A program made the position numbers and the translations under genes. From NCBI GenBank assembly GCA_000004985.1, contig GG738853.1: a stretch of DNA of 64,000 nucleotides; one strand, given 5' to 3'. Within the stretch, counting starts at the first letter, position 1, and every line of letters starts with the position of its first letter. The notes beneath the pieces were generated by a model. It did not search any database. It had not been told where the DNA came from and saw only the letters and a program-made list of their open reading frames with translations. Shown in pieces: positions 40,529-53,635 of the stretch. The stretch comes from Naegleria gruberi. Lineage: Eukaryota.

Positions 40529-43198
40529 ATGAGTACGAGACTCAGAGAACTCATTCGTGAGGTTCGTAATTGTAAAACAGCAGCAGAGGAAAGATCGGTC
40601 ATTGCTAAAGAATGTGCTGCTATTAGAACAGCATTGAAGGAACAACATGCCTACAGGGCAAGAAATGCTGCCAAGTTGATGTATATTCACATGTTGGGAT
40701 ATCCGACAAATTTTGGACAAATAGAATGTGTTAATTTAATATCAAGTTCTAAATATCCAGAGAAAAGAATTGGTTACTTGTCACTGATGATTATGTTGGA
40801 CGAACATCAAGAAATTCTTACCTTGACAGAACATAGATTTAAAGTGTAGGTTTTCTTCTTGTTTATTTAAAATTTGACTGATCAAATTAGAGATTTGAAT
40901 GATAGTAATCAATTTGTTCAAGCTTTGGCTCTTACAGCCATCGGAAACATTGCATCAGCAGATATTTGTCGTGATTTGAGTGTTGAAGTTGAAAAATTAT
41001 TAATTGGTGCTCCTTCTTTTATTAGAAAGAAGGCCGCACAATGTGCTATTAGAATTGTTTCTAAATGTCCAGATTTAATTGAAAATTATATTGAAAGAAT
41101 TGATACAATTTTGGAAAATGAACAACATCAAAGAAGTCACTCTGCCATGCTTGGCATTATTACTTTGATTCTTACAATTCTCAATCCAACAAAAGTTGGT
41201 GGATCTGAAACTAGAAATTATTTACTTCACTTTAGAAAACATATTCCTGTTTTTGTTAGATTACTCAATGCATTATTAAGTAGTAATTCTACTTCTGAAT
41301 ATGATGTTAATGGAGTTGCCGATCCATTTTTGCAAACAAAGCTCTTACGTTTATTGAAAGTTTTGGGAAGAGGAAGTTCTAAAGCAAGTGAACAAATGAC
41401 AGAAGTTTTGACAAAGACACTCACTAACACTGACAAGACTAAGAATACAGGTAATGCTGTAATTTATGAATGTGTTAGAACTGTTATGGATATTGAATGC
41501 GATCCTTCATTGAGAAAGATGGCTATTGGTCAACTTGGTACATTCCTTGGTAATAAGAAGGATAACAATCTTAGATATGTTGCTTTGCACACAATGAAAA
41601 AGGTTTCCAAATTGGACTCTCAAGCAGTCAGTAGACATTTGGCTACCATTGTTGAATGTTTGAAAGATCACGATATTTCAATTAGAAAGAGAGCTCTTGA
41701 TTTGGTTTATGTCATTGTTGATAACAGTAATGTAACATATCTTGTTCAAGAGTTGATTCAACATTTGGAAGTTTCCCCACCAGAATTTAAACCAGAATTG
41801 ACCACAAAAATTTGTACAATTATTGAAGAGCATGCTCCTTCAAAGGACTGGAAGATTACAACACTTTTACAAGTTATAATTTTATCAGCCCAATATGTTA
41901 GAGATGAAATTGCTTCCATCTTTATTGGTATGCTTTCACAATCTATTGATAATCAAGCTGAAATTACCAGAAAATTGTACGATACTCTTAAGGATTTAAT
42001 TCCAAAACCAAATATTTTGCTCAAACAAGAAATTCTTATGCAAGTAAGCAGTTGGTGTTTGGGTGAATATGGTGATTTGATTGTTGATAATGAAGTTACT
42101 AGTGAGAATGTTGTAAATGTATTATTCGATTTGGTTAACATGTTACCAAAGGGTTCAGTTAGTACTGTAAAGAGTAGAAGAGTTTTGTCAACTGATCCAA
42201 ACAATATAGTAAGGGCTTATGCACTTGTTGCCTTGTTGAAATTATCTGGAAGATTCCCTGATAGATCAGCAGATATTGAACGTTTTGTTTCAAGATATTC
42301 AGACAATGTTCAACTTGATTTACAACAAAGAGCTTGTGAATTACTCCAAATCGCCAAAATGTCTGCTTCAGTTAAAGAAAATATTCTTGACAAGATGCCT
42401 GAATTCCAAATTGATTCTATTATTGGTCAATTAAACTCATCCGAAAAAGAAGAAGAGGAGCAAGGAGAGGAAGAACATAACGAACCTTCTGACCGTACAA
42501 CTTCTGCAGTCGGTAGTGGTTTAAGCAGTTTGCTCATTGACATTGAAAATAATGGAGCTGTTAAACAAACTGAATCCAGCCTGATTGACTTTATTACAAC
42601 TACCACTGAAACAAAACCTGTAAAAACAACTGAACCAACACGTAAGGTTCCAACTGTTCAACAAACAGAAACTCTCCTTCCATTTGAGTCTATTCTTCCA
42701 ACTACCAATACTACCACCAGTCCTGTTCCTTCCTTGTTAAATATGTTAGATATGCCAAGCTCCAATTCAGCAAACTCACTTTTGTTGGATGACCTTCTCT
42801 CATCTCCTTCCCTACCAGCTTCTGCATTAATGCCACAAAAAGAAAAGAAGATTTTATCAGCTTATAATAAGAATTCCCTTAATATCAGATTTGAATATGT
42901 TGAAATGGATCCAGGAAGTCTCAATGTTATTGTCTATTTCTCCAACAATAACACCAAGGAAGTTATGGGATTGGACTTTAAGGCTGCCGCACCAAAATAT
43001 TGTGAGGTAACACTTTTCAAACCAAGTTCCACATCAATTGCACCAAACACCACTGATAGTGTCACTCAAAAATTCAAAGTTAAAATTGTTAACAGTGCTG
43101 CAAGACCAATCACTGATAGTCAAATACCAATCAGGTTTAAACTCATTTGTAAGATTGGTGATAAGGTTTTGGATGAGACAGGTACTGTAAAACTCTAA
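40529..43198 (+). CDS. AP-1 complex gamma adaptin; join(40529..40845,40891..43198), ~874 aa
   Basis: The N-terminus [32 protein letters not shown]...[36 protein letters not shown] is colinear with human AP1G1. A 45-nt intron (GTAGGTTTTCTTC...CAAATTAG, 40846-40890) joins ...LTEHRFKV to [22 protein letters not shown], which matches [22 protein letters not shown] exactly in register. The C-terminal appendage region is consistent with a GAE ear. Confidence 0.85.
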
Positions 43199-43560
43199 TA
43201 AAACAAGATTTTATGAAATTGGAAGAAGATTGACAATTCCTTATCAGTTGTTCAAAGTCAAGTAAACTCAACCAAATTAACTGTGCATTTCCCTTTCTCT
43301 CCAATTCAGTTCCAATATAAAATAATCAAAGAATAAAAAATTAAAAATAAAACAAGATATAAAAAAATGGGATTCTTTGATAAGAAGGAAAAGTTTGAAG
43401 TTCATAAAATGTACGTTGTTTTATTCTTGGGAGTGTGTGCTTACTGATGACGGGTTTTGTTGTTCATAAAATGCTGATGATGAATATTATGATAATTATT
43501 AATTTGATTATTTAATTGTTGGTTTGCCAATAATTGTATGAACTTATTTTCATCCGATAT

Positions 43561-44528
43561 ATGATGATCTCTAGTAAGAGCAATTTGAAAATGGCCATAA
43601 CAAGAATTGGCTTGTTGAAAAACAAGAAATCCAATGGCATTAAAGTTCAAAAGAGACAAGTTGCTGAATTACTTCAAAATGAAAAGGATGAATCAGCAAG
43701 AATTAAAGTTGAAAATATTATTAGAGAGGATTATGCTATTGAAGCTTTAGAAATTTTGGAATTATTTTGCGATTTAGTTCATACTAGAATACAGTTACTT
43801 TCCGAGTCAAAGTAAGTGATCATGATCAATGATTTAAATGATGATTAATTTTATTGTGAAATAGTACTTGCCCACATGATATGAAGGAAGCAGTTAGTAC
43901 ATTGATTTATGCTGCACCAAGAACTGAAGTTAAGGAATTGATGGAAGTTAGAAATCAATTTGCAGCAAAATTTGGAAAGGATTTTGTTGATGCAGCAATG
44001 GATAATAAGGATTTGGCCGTAAATCAACGTGTAATGTTCAAACTTGATGTTAAAGTACCAGAGCCATATCTCTGTATTGATTATTTGAGAGAAATTGCAA
44101 AGGAAAATGGTATAGAGTGGGATGATAGTAATGTGGTTACTGATGTGGATGTTCATAACCAAAAGATGACACCAATTAATCCACAATTACAAACCTTCTC
44201 AATTCCAACATCTGAGCCAATTCAACATAATCAACCTTTCCAAACTCAACAATTCCATCAAGGACCTCCGCCAGCTTATTCACCAAATACACAATTCCAA
44301 TCACAACCTCAATATTTAATTCCTCCTCCTTCCGATCTTCGTCCAACCAATCAATCTGGTTATTCTGTAGATTTTAATCCTCAACAACCATCAATGTTCC
44401 ACGATGTACCTCCACTTTCACAAGGAACTTTTGGAGCTAGTAATGTACCTGCATTTGGTCAAGATGCGAACAGTTATGATTTTGATGAATTACAAAAGAG
44501 ATTTGAAGCTCTCAAGAAACGAGAATAA
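43561..44528 (+). CDS. IST1-like ESCRT-III-associated protein; join(43561..43811,43865..44528), ~304 aa
   Basis: KSNLKMAITRIGLLKNKK...ARIKVENIIREDYAIEALEILELFCDLVHTRIQLL is followed, across a 53-nt intron GTAAGTGATCATG...GTGAAATAG, by CPHDMKEAVSTLIYAAPRTEVKELMEVRNQFAAKFGKDF. The C-terminal MIM-like YDFDELQKRFEALKKRE matches human IST1. The track start 43534 is a TTG. The start was chosen at ATGATG 43561. An upstream mini-exon (aaaaaaATGggattc at 43367) is possible but fits the alignment less well. Confidence 0.7.
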
Positions 44529-44556
44529 CTTGTACATTAGTAAATATTGAATTATA

Positions 44557-46129
44557 TTATTCTTGATAGAGATGATGTAACTTTTGAGCTATCTGCTCAA
44601 TTTCTCCTTTCTTCTCAATATTCTTAATGTGGCTCTCAATGACATTATTAAATCCATATCTTCCTCCATACCATGCAGCAGCAATTGAGCCAATAGAATC
44701 AGAATCACCTGCATTCAAACATGCTTGTAAAATGAGATTCTCATAATTATTGGCACCAGAATAGAGAACTGAATCATAGGCAATAATTACTGAATCATCT
44801 CCACTAGCTCCATACCATCCATCATATGCAAATTTCTTATAATATACATCCCTTTCATCAATGCCATAACGAGATGGGAAGGAAGGTTTCAAATTATTTA
44901 CAAGTTCCTCATTCTTGAAATCCCCTTCTTCCAAGAATAAGCTTCTATCTTTCAAATAGGTTTTGAAAACATTTTCGAAATGTGTAACTGAATCTTTCAT
45001 TTCCTTCCAATCTCTTTGAGCAACTGTCTGCAAATAAACTCTAGCTCTTGGCATGTCGTTATAGAGAAAGTGCACACCCCATTGAGCTGGAGGAATCTTT
45101 CCTTCCAAAGCATAGGATGTGAAAAGAGCAGAAACCAAAGATCCCAAAAAACCAGTTGGGTGATTATGAGTCAATCTTGCAGATTCAATACTAGTAGCAA
45201 TCAGCATGTCTCTTCTTTCCTTTCCTGTCATTATACCAATTCCCATAGCTCTCATCTATATACAATTTAAGAATTTATGATTTAGTAACAAACTTACACT
45301 ACCACCATTTCCTCCTCCTCTTTTATCATATGGATAAGCAAACCAATAGTCAAATCCATTCTCTCGAATAAAATCGACACCTCTTGCACCTTTAATCGAC
45401 AATTCAATAAATAAATTATTATTCGAGTGAAAAAATTTCATCAACTAGCTCACTTACATGTAGGTCCTGGTGCCCTTCCATACATATCATTCCAACAAAT
45501 CAAATATTCCTTTGCCATTTCTTTCATCAATGGATCTACAAATTCCACAAGAAAATTGGCATTTACCTTTTCATCCTTCTCATCAAACGTAAAAATCTTT
45601 TTTTTCGAATTTTCCATAAAACTAATCATTGCTCTCATTGTTGCCAAATGCATGACAGTATCATCAGAAACTCTCCAATTTTTAGTATCAATTCCATTCA
45701 AATTTCCATAATAATGTTTCAATTCATTATGAATGGAATGTGAATTCTTAGTAAATTCCCAACTTCCATTTCTAAAACCTAATAATTCATTCGAAAATTC
45801 AAACAAATCCAAAAAAGCAATTTGACTTTAGTTAAATATCGTCATGATCACATATTACACTCACCAATAGCATCACCAGCAGCTGCCAACAATAAACTAG
45901 CAAGAATTCTCTCCTTTAATGTATAACCATTCACGTTATCCATTACTGCTTGTTTTACAGAGGAAGACGAATGAAACAATTCTTGATCCGAATTATTCAT
46001 ATTTTCATGATTCAATCCTCCAGTAAAAACAGCTCCGATCATGAGCCTTTTGGAATTTTTAATGATCAATTTATTTCTAGATTGTGATGATGATACAGAG
46101 ATGAACGTTCTAGCCAGAGATTTAAACAT
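44557..46129 (-). CDS. ADP-ribosylglycohydrolase (ARH) family protein; join(46129..45865,45778..45458,45389..45298,45255..44557), ~458 aa
   Basis: Four track ORFs join in frame across introns of 86, 68 and 42 nt (donors GTGAGT, GTAAGT, GTAAGT). Exon 1 has the N-terminal motif [16 protein letters not shown]. Exon 2 has [13 protein letters not shown]. Exon 4 has the C-terminal Mg-site motif [18 protein letters not shown]. The stop is 28 bp from the IST1 stop (convergent). Confidence 0.7.
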
Positions 46130-46626
46130 TTTTTTTAATATTTGTAAAGTTGAAATCCTTGATCATTTAAATTACAAAATACACTATGATTAACAAAGAT
46201 ATTCAAAAGGTTTGAATATCAAAGCGAGATTGAAAAGACAAAATGAATTGCTTTCATGAATTGAATGGCATGAAGTTTCAATTTCGAATTGATTAGAAAA
46301 TCGGAAACCAAAAGTTGCATCAAGCAATTCAACATGCTTAATGTTCAATAAATACGAGTGTGATCAACTCTATCAATTTCTTCAACAAAACCTTACTGAA
46401 CCAACAAGATTCTGTCTTCGTTGCCTTCACTGTTCATACAGTCAAAGACTGTAGCGGGATTGTCGCCATATTCCTGGCAGGCTTCCCGTCTTAATTGTAA
46501 ATTGAATAACGAAACATTTCTAAGATGCCTACCGATTAGCAAGTTTAGCTCACAAGCGTATTTTACCTTTCATATTTTATAATATTATAGTAATGTATTT
46601 ATATTTGACAATTTGAGCTAATGAAT

Positions 46627-46744
46627 GACTACGGCCATATCACGATGAATGCACCTCATCCCGTCTGATTTGAGAAGTTAAGCATCGTCGAGCCACATCA
46701 GTACTGAGGTTGGAGACAACTTGGGAACCTGTGGTGCTGTAGTC
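46627..46744 (+). rRNA. 5S ribosomal RNA gene, copy 2, followed by a T5 terminator
   Basis: Identical to copy 1 except for one substitution (CCGTCTGATTT in place of CCGTCCGATTT). TTTTT at 46745-46749. Upstream elements shared with copy 1 are TAATGA just 5' of the gene and TTCATATTT at -25/-50. Confidence 0.85.
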
Positions 46745-47133
46745 TTTTTAATTTTTGAAATTTTTTTTAATTTTTGAAATTTTTCAAGAAGTAAATTTAT
46801 GAATTCAGATAATGATTCCAAAAAAGAGAATTCAATTTAATATGTTGAAAGAGCATTCTTATGGAGATACAACCCTCAAAATATTTGGAACACTCATTGA
46901 AAAGCAAGCATGTTATTGTCAATTTTTAAGAAAAAACAATTTGGTTCTATTTTACCAATTGAATGATTCTGTTGTTTTAAAAGCGTAATGCAAAACAGGT
47001 CTATGCCAGGTATAATAGTCAGTGTCATCAAATACGTTGGTGAGGATATTCTTTTGTGTGAGCTCGTCACAAACACGTATTTCTTCCAATGTTGTTGGCT
47101 TAATGGTGAGTGTTTTGGAATCACAGATACCTC

Positions 47134-48024
47134 TCAACACAATGATGACATAATGTTTGACATTTGTTTTAGGGTTCCTTTGATTTCATCTGCTTCTGTT
47201 TTGATGATAGCGTCAATTACTTTGGCTATTTTTTCATCTGGCAAGGTTATTTCACCATTTACAAAGCTGGCAATCTTCTCATCATTAGATTTCAAAGATA
47301 TTGAGCCACACTCTTCTTCTAACAAAGTTGTGTGATTGCTAGAAATATGAATGGCACTGGCAAGTTGCTCTTCCACAAACTGAAGCATGTAGCCTGCAAT
47401 AATTTGGCAATCCTCGTTATCTGAAATGAAATCACTCAAGACAACAAGGGGAAATGGTGTTTCAATATCTTTTTCAGTTACTCTTTTGATTTTGATTTCT
47501 TCAAGTACTTGCTTTACACTTTCCAGCATTTGATGATTGTAAATTCTTTTTCTCTTTTGGATATCCGGAGAGCACTTTTGATATTGGGAATTGGTGATTG
47601 GTTTCGTAATGTAATATAAATAACATTCTTTCTTCCCTTTAGCTCTGTTTCTACTGCCGTTGATTTCCCACAATTAGATGGGCCATAAATATAGCTTAAC
47701 CTTGGAATGCAATCAGTTCTACACAACTCCTTCAACACTTCTGCTCCTTTTTTCACACAAGTCTATTCCTGGTATCATTGCAATTGTTGGTTCGAATGGT
47801 GTGTTCATTTTCTCCCTTACTTCTTGCAACAAGTCCTCAGAGTAATTGAGGTTATTTTGTTGTTGTTGCTGTGCATCTCTAGCGACCAATATGGCGTATA
47901 CTGATAAGGTGATACTCAACACGGATGATGCAGTAGTGAGTATTTTGCTTAGTGTTTCCTTTTCATTGGTTTTGTTCTCCTTGGTTTGTTGTGAGGAATC
48001 TGGTAATGGAACGAAACTGTACAT
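47134..48024 (-). CDS. P-loop NTPase (Walker A GPSNCGKST; AAA+/ORC-Cdc6-like?) multi-exon gene; join(48024..47818,47762..47518,47482..47134); further 3' exon possible (track ORF 46952..47140)
   Basis: Three track ORFs in different frames join across a 55-nt intron (GTAAGGGAGAAAATG...CCAGGAATAG) and a 35-nt intron (GTAAAGCAAGTACTTG...AAAAG). The product is ...EDLLQE-TCVKKGAEVLKELCRTDCIPRLSYIYGPSNCGKSTAVETELKGRK...-VTEKDIETPFPLVVLSDF... The nucleotide-binding loop is preceded by a short helical segment, as in ORC/Cdc6/RFC-type ATPases. The track start 48138 is a GTG. The first ATG (MYSFVPLPD) is at 48024. Confidence 0.35.
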
Positions 48025-48143
48025 CTCATTTCTGGTCCGAAAGAAAAAACTAAGAAACGATTGCTCACAACAGTACGGTATAACGAGCGAAGCATCTTGT
48101 ATTTTTTTGTTGCACCAATTGAAATAGGGGAGTTTCACAGAAA

Positions 48144-49200
48144 CTAAATTTCTTCTGTACTACTACTTGAATAATCATAGATTTCTCCAATATCTTCATC
48201 AGTTACAGCATACAGATAATCCAGATATGAGTTTGGAGCGTATTGAAAAATGAAATCAAATGGGGTTGGAATTTGAGAAAGAAATGAATCGCAGAACCAT
48301 AGGAAATGTTTGTCCTTTCTGATTGACTCTGGAAACTCAGTATTTAAAAAGCCAAATGATTCCCAAGTAGGAGTATTATCAAGTACTCTTTCGTCTAATT
48401 TCAATTGTTTGAATAATTTAACGATCTCTAATCTTGGTGCTGTTTTACAACTAAATATATCAATCCATTCATTTTCAGATGTTGAATGTTCATCAGCTGA
48501 AAATCCAATCCTTGCCTTAATATCAAGGTTAACATCTATGAATCTGTTGTAGTAAGTACTTGCTTTCACGTACAGATTTACACAAATTGGTTTCTCTTTC
48601 AAATAAATATTCATTTCAGATTCAATATTAGCAAACTGATTCAGTCCGTCATCGGCAGCCAAGGTTAGAAAATAGCATGGTTGAGTGGTTTTTAACATGT
48701 ACCATGATTTAGTAATATCGGTATTGTACAGCTTACTATTGATATTATGCACCCTATCATGTTGGAACTTTCCTTCATTGTAATATGGATTGTCTAGTCT
48801 GTTTCTTTCAAAGCTGTCAAATTTGTGAAAACAACACTTTCTGAAATAGGTCCAATCAGTAATTTCATTAACATTCGAACATTTATTTCCACATTAAATT
48901 AAACAAAGTTTTCCAAAATAAGGAATTTTCATAAATTTTCTCCATCATTTGACGATTAATTTTGTAAATTTGATTGTAAAATAAATTTTCATAACCTGCA
49001 AATGAATAAATTAATAACCATTCATCACCAGTTAATTTGGTTAGTGGTTTTTCTTCCGATTTCTTTTTCTTTTTTAATTGTTCAGAGACTTTATCTAATA
49101 TTGTGGAATAATCAAACTCTTCAGAATTTTCCTGTGAACGAAGGATGGAAACAATTCTCTCCACAAGTTGGTCACCATTTCTCTTTCTCTTGAGAGACAT
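48144..49200 (-). CDS. F-box-like protein; join(49200..48893,48840..48144), ~334 aa
   Basis: Exon 1 (ATG 49200) carries LTGDEWLLIYSFAGYENLFYNQIYKINRQMM, which is F-box-like. The downstream track ORF begins with a GTG but is open in frame back to a ...CTATTTCAG acceptor. A 52-nt intron with the unusual donor GTGGAA restores the frame (...TLFNL-I-KCCFHKFDSFERNRLDNPYYNEG...). Confidence 0.45.
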
Positions 49201-49316
49201 TTTTTTTGAGTAAATATAATTCCAATGTTCATCTCTTATTTATTAACAAGAGAAAAATTACCTTTACAAAATGAAAATATTCAACTAATGCAAAAATCAG
49301 GTTATTTATAAACAAT

Positions 49317-52300
49317 TTATTCGTGCATATCAGAAACAAGGGAACCATTTGAATCATACAAACTGGCAAACTTCAAAACAGCTTCTTGTGAGAATTCACC
49401 TGGAGCAATACCTCTCTGAGATTTGTATTCAGTCTTACGAGGAACCATTTCAATACAATCCAAAACTGGACAAACAGAGTAACACAAAGTACAACCAGTA
49501 CAATCGTCATCACTAACCTTTGGAATGTGAGTGTCCTTATCGAAAGAAATGGCTTGATAACCACTGTCATTACAAGTCAGGTAGCATTTACCACAATTGA
49601 TACACTTGTCATCATTAATGACAGCAATAACGTGGTGATCGAATTTTGGATCCAATTCACCCCAAGAACCAATTCTTGGAACAGCCTTAGCAACAACATC
49701 GTTAATGGATGGAACCTTGATAACTTGTTCAATTTCAGCTGGCATATTATCTTCATGTCTACCAGTCAAAACTCCCTTTTCTTCAATTTCCTTGACATCG
49801 AGTTCTCTTCTCTTCAATTCATATGGACCAAATCTTGGCAAACCAACTTTCTTTTCTTCTACAACTGGTGGAGTTTGACCAGTCCAACCCTTGAATGCAG
49901 GATGAGCATTGATATACATCAAGGCCTTCAATCCAGTAATGTAATCTTCAATAACAGTAAAATCTTGATTTTGGACAGATGAACAAATTTGGACAACTGA
50001 AGCACCAGCATGAATGAATTGCAAAGCAACATCAGCACTGTCACAACCACCAGTAGCAAGAATTGGATAACCAGGAATGTTCTTAGCAACCTTAGAAACA
50101 GCCTTCATAGCAATTGGTCTAATTGCATTACCACTGACACCACCGTAGGTAGTTCTCTTATTGGCACCAACTGCTGGCCAGGCGGTCGCATCAGGTTTAA
50201 GAGTCATTAAACCAGAAACAGTATTTGTGGCAGTAACACCATCAGCACCACCATCTCTAGCAGCAGTAGCAATTTGCAAAACATCAGTAACGTTTGGAGT
50301 GAGCTTGGCAAAGAATGGAATCTTGGTAACAGCTCTAACCCATTTACAAATATTCAAAACAAGATATGGATCCATACCACAAGCCAAACCTAAACCCTTT
50401 TCACCCATACCGTGAGGACAAGACAAGTTCAATTCAATCATGTCAGCACCAGCTTGTTCGGCCTTAGTAGCAAGGAACTTCCAATCTTCTTCCTTAAAAG
50501 CAGCCATGATAGAGGCAATAACAATCTTAGTTGGATGTTTCTTCTTCAACTCAGTAATAGCAGTACACCAATAAGTAGCAGACTTTTCAGAAATCAATTC
50601 AATATTCATGAAAGCAGATTGATGAGGACCTCTGTTTGTAGTGACTGAACCACGAATAATTCTTGGTGAAACATTAGTAACCAAATCCTTATCCAAACCA
50701 AAAGTCTTAGTGACAGCAAAGCCCCAACCAGCATCAAAAGCACGATCAATCATATCAGCAGTAGTACAAGGTGGAGCAGAAGCAAGACCGTATGGATTTT
50801 CAAACTTGACACCACATACTTCAACTGAAATATCAACCTTATCAACTTCAGTAAAGAACTTTGGAAGTTGAGGAGCATCAGAGAGTCTATCAGCCTTATG
50901 CAATTCTTCTTGGATATAACGATGAATGTACCAAGATGCAGTTTTACCATCATTGCTTGCCTCTACTGTCATACCACTACCAATCAAGTCACCACCAGCA
51001 AAAACACCCTTGACTTCGGTTTCCATTGTTGTATTATTGATAGGAACTCTACCATAATTATTAACAGCAACAGGTGAAAGGGACTTGATAATATTTTCAC
51101 TCTTCAAAGTGCAACCAAATGCAGAAACGACAAAGTCACATTTGAGTCTGATGAACTGATCTTCATCAATGACAAGTTTACCATTAGAGTCAACTTCAGT
51201 CTTGTACAATTCGATACCAGAAATTCTGCCATCCTTCATGATAATTTGTTTTGGTAAACAATTTGGAAGTACGTCACACTTTTCCTTCATGGCTGGTTCA
51301 AATTCTTCTTCGACACATCTCATTTCAGAGAAACCACGACGGAAAACAAGAACAGCCTTATCAGCTCCACATCTAATACTAGAACCATAAACATCGAGGG
51401 CAGTATCACCAATACCCAAAATAACAACCTTACCATATAACTTTGGAAGCTTTTGGTTTGATGCCTTACAACCACAGATACCATCCTTTGATGATTGCAT
51501 GACCGCTGGAAGGAAATCCTTAGAGGTGTAGAAACCTTGTTCTGGGGTCAATCCGTCAAAGATTGATTCCTTATTTGGATCTGGAAGACCAATACCCAAA
51601 AAGATGGCTTCATAACCATCATTCTTGAGTGATTCAACAGTGAAATCTCTTCCTAATTCCTTGTTATATTCGACTTTAACACCCAAATCCTTCATCAAGT
51701 TGACTTCAAACTCAACAGCTTCGTATGGGAGACGATTTTGTGGAATTTCTTGAGTGCTCAAACCACCAGCATATTGTCCCTTTTCAAAGATGGTAACATT
51801 TTGATAACCCATTCTAGCCAAGAAAGTAGCACATGAAATACTGGCAGGACCTGCACCAACGAGAGCAATCTTGGCCTTGTATGATTCTGGTAATTTGTCG
51901 AGAGGAGTAGCATCTGGGTCTCTGATTTGTTTCAATTTCATCTTTCTAAAGACATCAGTTGCGAATGCTTGCAAACCACTATTGTTTTTTGATTGTTGTT
52001 ATTGAAAGTAAATTGCATTACACAAATATTGGTAATAAATGTATTTTGTGTTAAAATCATGGTGAAATTTAACAACTTACTTGATATTAATTGGGCCTTC
52101 TTCGGTAGCAGCCAAGTTACAGCTTCCTGCACACAAATTACTAACAGGACAAACCATACCACATGACAAACCTAGTGGATTGTCAGAGAAAATCATCTTG
52201 GCAGCACCATAGTAATTTCCAGTAGAAATACAACTAATAAAACTCTTAATATCCAATGAAGTTGGACAAGAAGATTGACATGGAGCGTCAGCACTATCAT

Positions 52301-52957
52301 TATGAAATATTCCAATTTTCAAAATGCATCAAACATTATGATGATTGAAAGGTAAAAAGTGCAAAAATGTGAATTGATTCCATTTTAAAATAATATTTCG
52401 CAGAGTTTTTTTTGCACAGGCAAAGGATTGATGTGGAATTTTGGTACAGTAGCAATAGTAGTGAACGGAAGGCATCAAAAAGGATAAATACATTAGTTTG
52501 TTCATCATCACGGTAATTAAATTATTGCATTTTAATTTTACAGTTGTGAAAATATTAACAACTGTCTTGATATTTTGATCAATTACATACCACTTTAAAC
52601 ATCTGCTTGCTTCCACGATAGCACTCTTCTCTGTCAATGTAGAGTGCTTGTTGTCTCTAAAATCATATTTTAATTGTTTGGTCTATTTGATGATTCGTTA
52701 TTTGGCGTTGTTTTGTATGAAATGATCAATCACATCATTTGAATTGATCAAAATATTATTGATAATAAAATTGTCGTTTTCTGAGTTTAAAAAGAAGGAA
52801 CACTTACATTGATTGGAATATTTCTCTTGTAGTGTTGCTTAAGCTTTTCAGTTTCCTTGCTTGGTCTCACTGAAGCATACTTTTGAATCTTTGGGTTGAG
52901 ATTTAAATTTTCAATGTCTTCCAATCCAAGAGTTAGGAAATTAGTCGATGAGGCCAT
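49317..52957 (-). CDS. dihydropyrimidine dehydrogenase [NADP+] (DPD), complete; join(52957..52808,52682..52591,52293..52081,51978..49317), ~1038 aa
   Basis: Colinear with human DPYD from Met1 ([22 protein letters not shown].. against [20 protein letters not shown]..) to the C-terminal 4Fe-4S ferredoxin domains ([19 protein letters not shown]...[13 protein letters not shown]). Introns are 125, 297 and 102 nt (GTAAGT, GTATGT, GTAAGT donors). The junctions rebuild [15 protein letters not shown] and [18 protein letters not shown] exactly in register with the human protein. Track starts at 51974, 52322 and 52637 are TTG artefacts. The real ATG is at 52955-52957. Confidence 0.85.
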
Positions 52958-53635
52958 GTTTTATATTCTTCTATTACAAAATTGCAGCACTTTTTTCTTA
53001 TAGTAGTGTTTGTGTTGAGTTTTCTTTTGTACAATTAGATTTTTTAAACAACACAAAAGAGCAGATGAACTTGAGGGTTTTTTTTTGAGTTCTGTTAGTG
53101 TGCAACACTTGGTGTTTTGTGTGAAGGATCACTTTTAAAATGTCGTCACAGAATGCATTCTTTCTGTTGGTGATCAAAGCAAAAAGCAGGCGGATAGCTA
53201 TGAGGATTGTGAAGAAATTTAATTGTGGAATGATTCATGACGAGTTTTGATGTGATCAATTTCATGATGATTTTGTAATGACAAGCTCAGTGCGGAGATG
53301 ATAGATGAGAAATAGGGCAACTTTCAGCTTTCGCATTGGAATGAAACAGAAAGTATTTCCTGGTATTAGGTGTCAATAGTTGCCAAGAATAAATATTTTG
53401 TAGTAAGGTGTTGTTTGCCCATCGTAATATTACAACAAAACAGTAAAGCAACTCTCCACAAATATAGTTTTTAATATGGTGTGGCTGTTTTTTCACTGAG
53501 TCCTTAAATAGTGCCTACTGTTAGTTGTACAGTTCTTTATTAAGACTTTTAAAAGAGCTAAACAATTTAAAAAACCAGCTGGTGGCATATTGTTTTGCTT
53601 GGAAAACCAACAAGGCAGAACTAATTGTCTCTACA

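Noticed and set aside
43367-43560. Upstream mini-exon (ATG at 43367, MGFFDKKEKFEVHK) spliced to IST1 through a GTACGT...CTCTAG intron
   Set aside because: It joins in frame, but it adds ~15 residues that misalign the conserved N-terminal helix relative to human, yeast and plant IST1. The model starting at ATGATG 43561 fits better. Left as an alternative.
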